A stretch of 64,000 nt of DNA. It comes from Bacillota bacterium. GTDB lineage: Bacteria > Bacillota > Clostridia > Peptostreptococcales > Anaerovoracaceae. This document shows, piece after piece, positions 28,079 to 39,772 of the stretch. The notes beneath the pieces were generated by a model that saw nothing but the letters and a program-made list of their open reading frames with translations, did not search any database and was not told where the DNA came from. Both the position numbers and the translations under genes were made by a program. The stretch covers positions 730 through 64,729 of the forward strand of contig JAEDMR010000001.1 of NCBI GenBank assembly GCA_016302925.1, given 5' to 3'. Within the stretch, counting starts at the first letter, position 1. The number at the start of each line of letters is the position of its first letter.

Positions 28079-29197
28079 ATGAAATTTTCATGTAATCAGC
28101 AGGCTTTATCAAGAGCCTTAAATATCGTTTCCAAAGCAGTAACATCGAGAACCACCATTCCAATTCTGAAAGGTATCCTCCTTCGGGTGGACGAAAACGG
28201 TAGTCTGACCATGTCTGCATCAGACCTTGACCTGAGCATTGAAAAAAAACTTGCGGTTGAAAATTTTGTTCCGGGAGAAACGGTAGTATTCGCCAAACTG
28301 TTCGGAGATATTATAAGAAAGCTTCCAAACGATAGGATTACCATTGAATATGAAGATGGAAAGGTTACAATTCGGTGTGCCAGCTCCGAGTTTAATATTA
28401 TAGGCATGCCGGCAGATGAATTTCCGAATCTGAATATGCCGGAGGAAGCAGATGATCAGATCCTGTTCAGTAAAGATGTGCTGAAGGAAATGATACGAAA
28501 AACGTCTTTTGCAGCCAGTATCGATGAATCTCGCGGTGTGATTACCGGTGTGCTGGTGGAAATGGAAGAAGAAAGCCTGAATATGGTGGCACTTGACGGA
28601 TTCCGTATGGCTATAGCCAGAGAGAATATGAAGAATAAAGAAAAAGAAAGCATTGTGATTCCTGCGAAGATTTTCGGAGAAATCAGCAAGATCATCAGTG
28701 AAACGGAAATGGAAGAAAATGACCAGATTCGTCTTTATATCAATGATAAACGTGCTATTTTCCTGATGGAAGATATCCGCGTAGTGCTTCGTCTTCTGGA
28801 AGGAGAATTTGTGAAATACAGGGATATTCTGCCGAAGGATAGCAAAACCAGGATTGTGGTAAACAGAAGTGATTTTCTGAACAGTATAGAGCGAGCGTCC
28901 CTTCTTGCAAAGGTTGGAAAAAATAATCTGATCAAACTGGATATGAAAGAAAACAACATGGAAATCACATCCAAATCGGAAGAAGGAAATGTAAAGGAAG
29001 ATGTGATCATTTCCAAAGAAGGGAATGATTTAATCATAGGCTTTAATTCCAAATATCTGATGGACGTATTGAAAGTCATCGATGATGAGGAAATCGTCAT
29101 GTTATTTAACAGCAGCATCAGCCCTTGCCTGGTAAAACCGATATCCGGAAACCGGTTTGAGTACCTGATATTGCCTGTAAGAATTACAAATAATTAA
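28079..29197 (+). CDS. dnaN: DNA polymerase III beta sliding clamp
   Basis: 372 aa. MKFSCNQQALSRALNIVSKAV..RTTIPILKGILL, and C-terminal LILPVRI. Confidence 0.97.
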   Translation: MKFSCNQQALSRALNIVSKAVTSRTTIPILKGILLRVDENGSLTMSASDLDLSIEKKLAVENFVPGETVVFAKLFGDIIRKLPNDRITIEYEDGKVTIRCASSEFNIIGMPADEFPNLNMPEEADDQILFSKDVLKEMIRKTSFAASIDESRGVITGVLVEMEEESLNMVALDGFRMAIARENMKNKEKESIVIPAKIFGEISKIISETEMEENDQIRLYINDKRAIFLMEDIRVVLRLLEGEFVKYRDILPKDSKTRIVVNRSDFLNSIERASLLAKVGKNNLIKLDMKENNMEITSKSEEGNVKEDVIISKEGNDLIIGFNSKYLMDVLKVIDDEEIVMLFNSSISPCLVKPISGNRFEYLILPVRITNN

Positions 29198-29199
29198 AT

Positions 29200-30321
29200 A
29201 TGTATATCAAAGAAATCGAACTTTACAATTTCAGAAATTATGAAGAACTGCATTTGGAATTTCATAAAAATGTGAATCTGATTCTGGGGAATAATGCCCA
29301 GGGAAAGACCAACCTTCTGGAATCCATTTATCTGTGTTCCATGGGAAAATCCTTTCGTACCGGCAGAGACAGCGATCTGATCCGGTTCGGTTCGGAATTT
29401 GCAAGAGTAAAAGCTGAGGCAAAGAAAGAATACTATGATACTTCTGTGGAACTGATTTACAGCCGGAACGGAGGAAAATCCGCCAGGCTGGACGGGAACA
29501 GGATTCGAAAAGCTTCGGAACTTCTGGAGAATCTTTATATGGTCATTTTTTCACCGGAAGATCTGAAGATTGTGAAGGAAGAGCCGGAAAAAAGAAGAAG
29601 ATTCATAGACAGAGAGCTTTGTCAGCTGAAACCCAGGTATTATGAAGCCTTCAGCAATTATAAAAAAGTTCTGCTTCAGCGAAACGCATATCTGAAAGAA
29701 GAATCTGTGGATCCTTCCATATTGGATCTTTGGGACATGCAGCTGGCCAGATACGGTGCGCAGATCATGGTGATGCGGAAAGAATTCGTGGAAAAGCTGC
29801 GGGATATCAGTCAGGTGATTCATCAATCCATAACAAACGGAAAGGAAACGCTGAATCTCAAATATGTACCAAATGTATCTGTTTCTGCCACAGCAGAAGA
29901 AACAGAAGAAGAGTATTATCAGGTGATACGCGGAAGCTTTGAGAATGATTTCAGACAGCGAACCACTACAAGAGGACCGCATAAGGATGATGTGGAATTT
30001 TTCATTGATGCTATCAGTGTGCGGAGTTTCGGTTCCCAGGGACAGCAGAGAACCTCTGCTCTTTCGGTAAAGCTGGCTGAACTTTCGCTTATCAAAGAGG
30101 AAACCGGAGAAGATGCCATTTTGCTTCTGGATGATGTGATGAGTGAGCTGGATCTGCAGCGGCAGGAATTTCTGATCAAATCCCTTTCGGATATTCAGAT
30201 GTTTATCACTACGACGGAAATACCGGAAAAGCTTATGGAAACGCTTCCGCCGGGAAAGACCTTCTATGTGAAAGAAGGAAATGTAACAGAAAAGGAGAAA
30301 GAAAATGAACCCAGTATATGA
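29200..30321 (+). CDS. recF: DNA replication and repair protein RecF
   Basis: MYIKEIELYNFRNYE...ILGNNAQGKTNLLE (Walker A), SQGQQRT (signature), LLLDDVMSELD. Confidence 0.97.
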   Translation: MYIKEIELYNFRNYEELHLEFHKNVNLILGNNAQGKTNLLESIYLCSMGKSFRTGRDSDLIRFGSEFARVKAEAKKEYYDTSVELIYSRNGGKSARLDGNRIRKASELLENLYMVIFSPEDLKIVKEEPEKRRRFIDRELCQLKPRYYEAFSNYKKVLLQRNAYLKEESVDPSILDLWDMQLARYGAQIMVMRKEFVEKLRDISQVIHQSITNGKETLNLKYVPNVSVSATAEETEEEYYQVIRGSFENDFRQRTTTRGPHKDDVEFFIDAISVRSFGSQGQQRTSALSVKLAELSLIKEETGEDAILLLDDVMSELDLQRQEFLIKSLSDIQMFITTTEIPEKLMETLPPGKTFYVKEGNVTEKEKENEPSI

Positions 30322-31156
30322 GAAACTATTAAGATGTTATGAAAGCATACAGAAGAAATTTGATTTCAGTAAATTCCGCCCGGAAGTTGCCATTGTTCTG
30401 GGATCCGGACTGGGAGACTATGCACAGGATATACAGATAGCAGGGGAAGTGGATTACCATGAGATCGAAGAATTTCCTGTATCCACAGTTCCGGGACACG
30501 CAGGTAAATTTATTTTCGGTTATGTGGAAGATGTTCCGGTGGTCTGCATGAAGGGACGCATCCATTATTATGAAGGATATCCGATCACGGATGTGGTTCT
30601 TCCGATTCGTCTCATGAAGCTGATGGGTGCGAAGGTTTTGTTTCTGACCAATGCGTCCGGCGGAATCAATCCATCCTTTGAAGCCGGCGACTTTATGATG
30701 ATTACAGACCAGATATCCATGTTCGCACCAAACCCGCTGATTGGTGCAAATATTGATGAACTTGGTGTTCGTTTCCCGGATATGAGCCATGTTTATGATC
30801 CGGCTCTGCAGAAGTGTATAAAAAAAGCGGCAGAGAAAAATCACATCAAGCTGCAGAAAGGTGTTTATGCACAGGCTACCGGTCCGTCCTTTGAATCTCC
30901 TGCAGAAATTAAAATGCTTCATACTCTGGGTGCAGATGCAGTAGGCATGTCCACTGTGGTGGAAGCCATAGCTGCAAATCACATGGGTATGAAAATCTGC
31001 GGAATTTCTTTCGTCAGCAATCCGGCGGCAGGAATCAGCCAGACACCGCTGACCCACGAGGAGGTACAGGAAGCAGCCAATCAGGCAGCGCCGAAATTCC
31101 GCCAGCTGGTCACCGCATCGGTGAAAGAAATCAAAGAAATCCTGCAGGAAAAATAG
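30305..31156 (+). CDS. punA: Purine nucleoside phosphorylase (trimeric PNP/PunA type)
   Basis: VAIVLGSGLG, VPGHAGKFIFG, GRIHYYEG, LTNASGG, GPSFESPAE, MSTVVEA. It overlaps the recF 3' end by 17 nt. Confidence 0.9.
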   Translation: MNPVYEKLLRCYESIQKKFDFSKFRPEVAIVLGSGLGDYAQDIQIAGEVDYHEIEEFPVSTVPGHAGKFIFGYVEDVPVVCMKGRIHYYEGYPITDVVLPIRLMKLMGAKVLFLTNASGGINPSFEAGDFMMITDQISMFAPNPLIGANIDELGVRFPDMSHVYDPALQKCIKKAAEKNHIKLQKGVYAQATGPSFESPAEIKMLHTLGADAVGMSTVVEAIAANHMGMKICGISFVSNPAAGISQTPLTHEEVQEAANQAAPKFRQLVTASVKEIKEILQEK

Positions 31157-31242
31157 AGTGCGGAAGTGCGGATTTTGTCGAATCATTACTTTTAGCATAA
31201 GAATGATATAACCTTGATACTTTTTATATAGTAAATAAAACG

Positions 31243-31270
31243 AAAATCGCCCCTGTGGGCGATTTTTTTT
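31243..31270 (+). terminator. Rho-independent terminator after punA
   Basis: ATCGCCC-ctgt-GGGCGAT followed by T8. Confidence 0.8.
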
Positions 31271-31298
31271 ATGATTTTGATAAAAACTTTAATAACAG

Positions 31299-31327
31299 TT
31301 GAATTTCAGCAGAAAAAGTGATATACT
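31299..31327 (+). promoter_or_regulatory. Sigma-A-type promoter for gyrB-gyrA
   Basis: TTGAAT (31299-31304), 17-nt spacer, TATACT (31322-31327). Confidence 0.6.
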
Positions 31328-31395
31328 ATTCGAAATGAGTTTCAGTTAAAATATGCCCTGCAGAGGGGTTTTCTTATGTGATAGTTTTTTTATGA

Positions 31396-33330
<1,935 letters not shown>

Positions 33331-33348
33331 GAAAGGAGGGCATAAAGC

Positions 33349-35853
33349 ATGGATACATTTTTAGAAGATCAGCGCATGAAACAGCATGAAATTCATGATG
33401 AAATGAAAAATTCCTACATCGACTATGCTATGAGCGTCATTGTAGGACGTGCCCTTCCGGACGTGAGGGACGGTCTGAAACCGGTACACAGAAGAATTCT
33501 CTACGGCATGAGCGAGCTTGGCGTTACGCCGGACAAGCCGCATAAAAAATCAGCCCGTATTGTCGGTGAAGTCATGGGTAAATATCACCCTCACGGCGAC
33601 TCTTCAATTTACGATGCCATGGTTCGTCTGGCACAGCCGTTTAATATCCGCTATCCGCTGGTAGACGGTCACGGCAACTTCGGTTCTGTGGACGGAGACG
33701 GTGCTGCCGCCATGCGTTATACGGAAGCCAGAATGACGCCGCTGGCACTGCAGATGCTGCGGGATATCGAAAAGGAAACGGTGGATTTCGATCCGAACTT
33801 TGACGGAGAGGAAGAAGAACCGCGTGTTCTGCCGGCCAGATTCCCGAATCTGCTAGTAAACGGTTCAAACGGTATCGCCGTAGGTATGGCCACATCCATC
33901 CCGCCGCATAATCTGGGAGAAGTGATCGACGCTTCCGTAGAACTGATCGACAACCCGGATGCTACGGTAGATGATTTGCTGAAGCATGTAAAGGGTCCTG
34001 ATTTTCCGACCGGCGCCATGATTATGGGTAAAACGCCGATGAAGGAGGCATACCGGACAGGACAGGGAAAGGTTTTGGTCCGTTCTGTATCTGAAATCGA
34101 GGAACTGTCCCATGGAAAACAGCAGATTGTGGTGACGGAAATTCCGTATCAGGTCAATAAGGCCAGACTGATCGAAAAAATTGCAGAGATGGTAAAGGAT
34201 AAGAAGGTGGACGGTATTTCTGCCATTCGGGATGAATCCAACCGGAAAGGCATGCGAATCGTCATCGAACTGAAAAAGGATGCCAATGCCAACATCATCC
34301 TCAACCGGCTGTATAAACATACCCAGCTGCAGGACAGTGTTTCCATGATCATGCTGGCTCTGGTGGATGGAAAGCCGAAGATCTGCAATCTGAAGGATAT
34401 GCTGGTGGAATACCTGAAGCACCAGAAAGAAGTTGTCACCAGAAGAACCATTTACGATAAAAAGAAAGCAGAAGCCAGAGCACACATCCTGGAAGGATTG
34501 CGGATTGCTCTGGATAACATCGATGAAATCATAAAGATCATCCGTACCAGCTACAATGATGCGAAGGAAAGGCTCATGGAACGGTTCTCCCTTTCGGAGA
34601 TTCAGGCCCAGGCCATTCTGGACATGCAGCTGAGACGTCTGCAGGGTCTGGAAAAAGAGAAAATCGAAAACGAATATCAGGAACTGCTGAAAAAAATCTC
34701 GTACTATAATGAGCTGCTGGCCGACGTCCACAAGCTGATGGGTGTAATCAAAGACGAGCTGCTGGAAATCAAGGATAAGTGGGGCGATAAGCGCCGTACC
34801 AAAATCAAGGCGGATGCACAGGAAATCGATGAAGAAGACCTGATCCAAGAAGAAAACGTCTGCATCACCCTGACCCATCTGGGCTACGTGAAGAGAGTGC
34901 CTGTAGACACCTACCGTGCACAGAAGCGGGGCGGCAAGGGAATCACAGGTCTGACTACCAAAGAAAACGACTTCGTGAAGGATCTGATCATGACCTCCAC
35001 CCATCACTATCTGATGTTCTTTACCAATACCGGCAAAGCACACAAGATCAAGGCTTACGAAATTCCTGAGGCTGCCAGAACGGCCAAAGGTATTCCGATT
35101 GTCAACTTCCTGAATCTGATGTCCAGAGAAAGAGTCACAGCAGTAATTCCGATCCGGGAATTCTCCGAAGACCAGTATCTCATCGGCGTCACCAAGCAGG
35201 GTATTATTAAAAAGACGTCCTTATCAAACTTTGATACAAACCGGAAGACCGGCCTGATTGCCATGAATCTGAAGGATGGGGATGAACTCATCGGCATCCA
35301 GCAGACCACCGGCAGAAACAATGTCATCATCGTGACGAAACACGGCAAGTGCATCTGCTTCTCCGAAGATGATGTACGTCCGATGGGCAGAATTGCCGGC
35401 GGCGTCCGTGCCATCAATCTGGAAAAGGACGACGAAGTGGTATCCATGCAGCTTGTGGAACCGGGACAGGAACTGCTGGTGGTGACCAGAAACGGCTACG
35501 GAAAGCGGACCAGAGTGGAAGATTATAAGATTCAGGTTCGCGGCGGCAAGGGACTTCTGACCTACGATAAGGCCAAGTTCAAGAAGACCGGAGAGCTGGT
35601 GGGTGCTATGGTGGTCAGCGAAGATGATGATATCATGCTGATCAATTCCGACGGCATCATCATCCGTATGAAGGCCAGCGAAGTATCCAGACTGGGTCGG
35701 GCAACCCAGGGTGTGAAGATCATGAGCGTCAATGAAGATGCCAATATCATCGCACTGGCGAAGGTTGCCAGAGACGATTCCATCGAAGAGAAGGAAGAAA
35801 GTCAGGAAAACCAGACGATAAATGACGACGGTCAGGAACAGATGAAGCTGTAG
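33349..35853 (+). CDS. gyrA: DNA gyrase subunit A
   Basis: 834 aa: [44 protein letters not shown] (QRDR), and C-terminal beta-pinwheel repeats. Confidence 0.98.
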   Translation: MDTFLEDQRMKQHEIHDEMKNSYIDYAMSVIVGRALPDVRDGLKPVHRRILYGMSELGVTPDKPHKKSARIVGEVMGKYHPHGDSSIYDAMVRLAQPFNIRYPLVDGHGNFGSVDGDGAAAMRYTEARMTPLALQMLRDIEKETVDFDPNFDGEEEEPRVLPARFPNLLVNGSNGIAVGMATSIPPHNLGEVIDASVELIDNPDATVDDLLKHVKGPDFPTGAMIMGKTPMKEAYRTGQGKVLVRSVSEIEELSHGKQQIVVTEIPYQVNKARLIEKIAEMVKDKKVDGISAIRDESNRKGMRIVIELKKDANANIILNRLYKHTQLQDSVSMIMLALVDGKPKICNLKDMLVEYLKHQKEVVTRRTIYDKKKAEARAHILEGLRIALDNIDEIIKIIRTSYNDAKERLMERFSLSEIQAQAILDMQLRRLQGLEKEKIENEYQELLKKISYYNELLADVHKLMGVIKDELLEIKDKWGDKRRTKIKADAQEIDEEDLIQEENVCITLTHLGYVKRVPVDTYRAQKRGGKGITGLTTKENDFVKDLIMTSTHHYLMFFTNTGKAHKIKAYEIPEAARTAKGIPIVNFLNLMSRERVTAVIPIREFSEDQYLIGVTKQGIIKKTSLSNFDTNRKTGLIAMNLKDGDELIGIQQTTGRNNVIIVTKHGKCICFSEDDVRPMGRIAGGVRAINLEKDDEVVSMQLVEPGQELLVVTRNGYGKRTRVEDYKIQVRGGKGLLTYDKAKFKKTGELVGAMVVSEDDDIMLINSDGIIIRMKASEVSRLGRATQGVKIMSVNEDANIIALAKVARDDSIEEKEESQENQTINDDGQEQMKL

Positions 35854-35888
35854 AAGTACCTGAGAAGTATCTGAAATAAAAGAAGAAT

Positions 35889-35926
35889 TATCTCCGGAGA
35901 CAGAAATATTGTTTCCGGAGATTTTC
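35889..35926 (+). terminator. Rho-independent terminator after gyrA
   Basis: ATCTCCGGAGAC...GTTTCCGGAGAT stem, followed by TTTTC. Confidence 0.8.
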
Positions 35927-35927
35927 A

Positions 35928-35956
35928 TTTACGAAACTTCATTTTTCATGTATAAT
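35928..35956 (+). promoter_or_regulatory. Sigma-A-type promoter for the anti-sigma/sigma/trpS unit
   Basis: TTTACG (35928-35933), 17-nt spacer, TATAAT (35951-35956). Confidence 0.6.
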
Positions 35957-35987
35957 GATTGCGTATACAACGAAAGGAAGTGTCAGA

Positions 35988-36389
35988 ATGGCAGACAGAA
36001 TTAAATTCATGATTCCGGGAAAGCCCGCTTATCTTACCATGGTAAGGCTGGCAATCGGTTCCATCGCCGATATGTCGGGGTTTGATATCGAAGAAATTGA
36101 GGATATAAAAACCGCTGTGAGCGAAGCATGCAAAAATATATCATGTCATGGTCTCTCCGGTTTTGCCGAAGAATACACAGTGGAATGTGTGGCAGAGGAA
36201 GGCAGAATGGAAATCTATGTGACAGATAACAGCGATGGTCATATATTGGAAAAAGTGGCGAAACCATGTCTGGATTGCCCGAATGAAGGAAACCTGGGTG
36301 TATTTGTGATTCGGTCACTGATGAATGAGATAGAGCTGATTGACAGTGCCCAGGGTAAAAAAACAATCAGAATGGTGAAATATAAATGA
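35988..36389 (+). CDS. Anti-sigma factor, SpoIIAB/RsbW-like HATPase_c serine kinase fold
   Basis: Start is placed at MADRIKF (RBS GAAAGGAAG). N-box-like TAVSEACKNISCHG, G1-like VTDNSDGHI, G2-like GNLGVFVIRSLMNE. Its stop overlaps the sigma gene start (ATGA). Confidence 0.65.
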   Translation: MADRIKFMIPGKPAYLTMVRLAIGSIADMSGFDIEEIEDIKTAVSEACKNISCHGLSGFAEEYTVECVAEEGRMEIYVTDNSDGHILEKVAKPCLDCPNEGNLGVFVIRSLMNEIELIDSAQGKKTIRMVKYK

Positions 36390-37117
36390 CATCCGATCTT
36401 TTTAAAGAATATGCAAAAAACCCAACCATTGAGCTAAGAAATCAGCTGGTGGAAGAAAATCTGTATATGGTAGACATACTGATCCGAAAGTATCTGGGAA
36501 AAGGGGTGGATTACGATGACCTTTATCAGGTGGGGGCCCTTGCACTGGTTTCTGCAGTAGAACGGTTTGACCCTGAGAAAGGCTTCGAGTTTAAAAGCTT
36601 TGCCACGCCTACCATTCTCGGAGAAATCAAAAAGTATTTCAGAGACAAGCAGTGGAGCCTGAAAGTGCCGAGACGGATGAAGGAAATCTCCTCGAAAGTC
36701 CAGGAAGTTAAGGATCAGCTGACGACCAGTCTGGGCCGTGCCCCAACGCTGGAAGAAATATCAGAGCATACCGGATTTTCGCATGAGCAGATTATGCAGG
36801 CCATGGAAAGTGCCAAGGCTTATGGAACTTTTTCTCTGGACAGTGCCGGAAACAGCCTGGGGGATGACGGCGAGGAAAATCTTCTGGAAAAGTATGTGGG
36901 GTTCGAGGAAATCGGTTACGAACGGATTGAGATCAACGAGATTATCACAACCGTTCTGGAAAAGCTCAGTGATACATACCGTTATGTATTCAGAGAACGG
37001 TTTCTGTTTAATAAATCACAGTCGGAAATCGCGCAGGCACTGGGCGTTTCCCAGATGACCGTCTCCCGCGCGGAAAAAGCCATTGTGGAACGGTTTAAGA
37101 AAGAAATGAATCGATAG
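36386..37117 (+). CDS. RNA polymerase sigma factor, SigB/SigF/SigG subfamily
   Basis: Region 2 (DLYQVGALALVSAVERFDPEKGFEFKSFATPTILGEIKKYFRD), region 3, and region 4 HTH (SQSEIAQALGVSQMTVSRAEK). Confidence 0.88.
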   Translation: MTSDLFKEYAKNPTIELRNQLVEENLYMVDILIRKYLGKGVDYDDLYQVGALALVSAVERFDPEKGFEFKSFATPTILGEIKKYFRDKQWSLKVPRRMKEISSKVQEVKDQLTTSLGRAPTLEEISEHTGFSHEQIMQAMESAKAYGTFSLDSAGNSLGDDGEENLLEKYVGFEEIGYERIEINEIITTVLEKLSDTYRYVFRERFLFNKSQSEIAQALGVSQMTVSRAEKAIVERFKKEMNR

Positions 37118-37158
37118 ACCGGAGAAACCGGCCCAAATCGAAGGAGGAAAAATAGAGT

Positions 37159-38145
37159 ATGAAACGAGTTTTTTCCGGCGTACAGCCGACAGGAAACATT
37201 CACCTGGGAAATTATCTGGGTGCGCTGAAGCAGTTCGTGGAGCTGCAGGATGATCATGAATGCATTTACTGTATTGTGGACGAGCATGCCATCACCGTGC
37301 CGCAGGATCCGAAAGCCCTGCGGGAGCATATTCTGGATGTGGCAGCCCTGTATCTGGCGGTGGGGGTAGATCCGAAAAAATCCATCGTCTTCGTGCAGTC
37401 GGATGTTCCGGGTCATGCGGAACTGGGATGGGTGCTGACCTGCCAGTCCTATACCGGCGAGCTGTCCAGAATGACCCAGTTCAAGGATAAAAGCAAGAAT
37501 AAAGAGTCTGCACCGACCGGTCTGTTCACCTATCCGGTGCTGATGGCTGCCGACATTCTGCTGTATGATACAGACATCGTTCCGGTGGGCAACGATCAGA
37601 AGCAGCATATTGAGCTGTGCCGCGACATTGCGACCCGGGTAAACAACAAGTACAAGAAAACTTTCGTCATTCCGGAGGGCCGTTATCTGAAGGAAGGCGC
37701 TCGTATCATGGCCCTGGATGATCCAACGAAAAAGATGAGCAAGAGCGCAGAGAACATCCACTCACGGATTTCCCTTCTGGACGATCCTGCCAAGATTAAA
37801 AAATCCATCATGAAGGCCACCACCGATTCCGATGGCGTAGTGAAATTCGACGTGGAAAACAAGCCGGGCATCAGCAATCTGCTGAACATCTACAGCGTGC
37901 TGTCGGGAATCTCCGTGGAAGATCTGGAAGCGAAATACGAGGGAAAAGGATACGGCGACTTCAAGAAAGATCTGGTGGAAGTCACCGTGGAAGCACTGGC
38001 TCCAATCCGCAGCCGGTACGAAGAAATCCGTCATTCTGAAGAACTGATTGAGATTCTGAAGGACGGTGCCCAGCGCGCTGATGCCATTGCACAGAAAACC
38101 ATGGCAAGAGTGAAGGATCACTTCGGTCTGGGTCTGGGAAGATAA
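37159..38145 (+). CDS. trpS: Tryptophan--tRNA ligase
   Basis: FSGVQPTGNIHLGNYLGA (HIGH region), KMSKS, 328 aa. Confidence 0.97.
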   Translation: MKRVFSGVQPTGNIHLGNYLGALKQFVELQDDHECIYCIVDEHAITVPQDPKALREHILDVAALYLAVGVDPKKSIVFVQSDVPGHAELGWVLTCQSYTGELSRMTQFKDKSKNKESAPTGLFTYPVLMAADILLYDTDIVPVGNDQKQHIELCRDIATRVNNKYKKTFVIPEGRYLKEGARIMALDDPTKKMSKSAENIHSRISLLDDPAKIKKSIMKATTDSDGVVKFDVENKPGISNLLNIYSVLSGISVEDLEAKYEGKGYGDFKKDLVEVTVEALAPIRSRYEEIRHSEELIEILKDGAQRADAIAQKTMARVKDHFGLGLGR

Positions 38146-38151
38146 AATCTG

Positions 38152-38205
38152 AAAAAACCTCCGTTTGCACAGGCAGAAAACCGTGTGCATCCGGAGGTTG
38201 TTTTT
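38152..38205. terminator. Bidirectional terminator between convergent trpS and plsC-like gene
   Basis: A6-ACCTCCG..TGCACA..TGTGCA..CGGAGGT-TGTTTTT compound hairpin. Confidence 0.75.
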
Positions 38206-39031
38206 ATTCGTGATCCATTTCCTTGTGATCCATTTCCTGCAGCTCTGCCACTCCCTGACGAACGATCTCCTCCACCTGCTGCGGAAGTTCCGCCAGCTGA
38301 TGACGGTCCATGCCGGCTGTTTCAATGGGAGGGTGGACCAGAAATTCCATGGAGTGATGCTTTGTCAGCACGCCCTGATCCTCGAAGATGTGATACCCTC
38401 TGTTGAGAGAAATCGGAACGATGGGAACCCGTGCTTTTGTAGCAAGCTTGAAGCTTCCCGGCTTAAATGCAGCCATCTGACTGCCATGGCTCCTGGTACC
38501 TTCCGGGAAAATCACGAGAGAAAACCCCTGCTTCAGATAGTCGGCCCCTTCGTTGATGGTGGCCAGAGACGATCTGGCATCTCCGCGGTGAATGAAGATG
38601 CCGCGGATCCGCTTCACCCATTTGCCGAAAACGGGAATCTTCTCCAGGGTATCCTTGGCGATATAGGCCAGCTGGTGGTTTCTGACGCAGCACATGAAAG
38701 CCAGAATATCTGCATAGGACTGATGATTGGCGATGTAGACAGCAGGCCCGCTCTGCGGGAGATTCTCGGGATGGATCACGTTGAAGGAAAGATCCAGACT
38801 CTCCGACACATAAGAAGAAAAGTCATATACAGCCTCCTTGATATATTGCTGCTCCTTTTCCAGTTCTCCGGCCGCCCGGGCGCCGTCGATGAGATGATTA
38901 TATTTTCTTACTTTCAGCAGGCCTCTGGCAATGACAGAAAAGCCCGGAATATTTGCGATAATTTTCACAGTGCTTGTTCCTCCGATGCGTATTTGATAGT
39001 ATTGTAACACAAAACCGGTAGCAGTTTCCAC
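38204..39031 (-). CDS. plsC: 1-acyl-sn-glycerol-3-phosphate acyltransferase family protein
   Basis: HX4D motif ANHQSYADI and VIFPEGTRS. Confidence 0.85.
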   Translation of the reverse strand: METATGFVLQYYQIRIGGTSTVKIIANIPGFSVIARGLLKVRKYNHLIDGARAAGELEKEQQYIKEAVYDFSSYVSESLDLSFNVIHPENLPQSGPAVYIANHQSYADILAFMCCVRNHQLAYIAKDTLEKIPVFGKWVKRIRGIFIHRGDARSSLATINEGADYLKQGFSLVIFPEGTRSHGSQMAAFKPGSFKLATKARVPIVPISLNRGYHIFEDQGVLTKHHSMEFLVHPPIETAGMDRHQLAELPQQVEEIVRQGVAELQEMDHKEMDHE

Positions 39032-39086
39032 AGAAAACGTGTATAATAAAAGTAATATCTGAAAGAAAGAAAACAGGAGTCAACAG

Positions 39087-39761
39087 ATGGAAAATCGTAA
39101 AATGGAAATAAAAAAGAAAAAATACAGTTTCATGCTGGCAGCGGCATTGCTGCTGTTTGCAGCAGCAGCGTATATCAGCTGGCAGGTGGGGTCTGTCTAT
39201 GACTGCGGCGTGAGCCCTCTGGACCGGTGTGTACAGGACTGGTTCTTTTCGCTCAGAAGTCAGTGGCTGAACGATATCGTCATTCCCCTGACCCATACTT
39301 CGGATACCATCACCATTGTGGTGCTTTGCATCATACTGGTGCTCTCTCCGGTTCCGGGAAGAAAGAAATACGGTCTTCCGGTAACACTGGCAGCTCTCAG
39401 CGGACTTGCTATCTATAAACCCATGAAGCATCTGTTTCTGCGGCCGCGGCCGGATGTGTCGCTCCATCTGGTGGAGCAGGGAGGCTTTTCGTTTCCCAGC
39501 GGCCATTCTGTGACTTCGGTAATCGTGTTCGGACTGCTCTTTTATCTGATCCGAAAGAACTGCAATCGTCCGGTGCTGCGAAATGTTCTGTCTGGACTCT
39601 GCCTGATGCTGGCGGTGCTGGTGGGTCCGAGCCGGATCTACGTGGGCGTTCACTGGCCGACAGACGTGCTGGCAGGCTGGTGTATCGGCGGCGGTGTTCT
39701 TTTGATCTTTCTGATGATTCTAGAAATGTGGGATGAGCGGAAAATCCGCAGAAAGGAATAG
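39087..39761 (+). CDS. PAP2 family phosphatase (undecaprenyl-diphosphatase-like)
   Basis: KxxxxxxRP (KHLFLRPRPD), PSGHS, SRIYVGVHWPTD. Polytopic. Confidence 0.85.
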   Translation: MENRKMEIKKKKYSFMLAAALLLFAAAAYISWQVGSVYDCGVSPLDRCVQDWFFSLRSQWLNDIVIPLTHTSDTITIVVLCIILVLSPVPGRKKYGLPVTLAALSGLAIYKPMKHLFLRPRPDVSLHLVEQGGFSFPSGHSVTSVIVFGLLFYLIRKNCNRPVLRNVLSGLCLMLAVLVGPSRIYVGVHWPTDVLAGWCIGGGVLLIFLMILEMWDERKIRRKE

Positions 39762-39772
39762 GAGGACGGCAG

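Noticed and set aside
37118-37158. Looked for a T-box riboswitch or attenuator upstream of trpS
   Set aside because: The gap is only 41 nt, with a weak CCGG/CCGG stem and no T-run. No specifier loop or T-box sequence can fit, so the absence is reported as a finding rather than as a feature.
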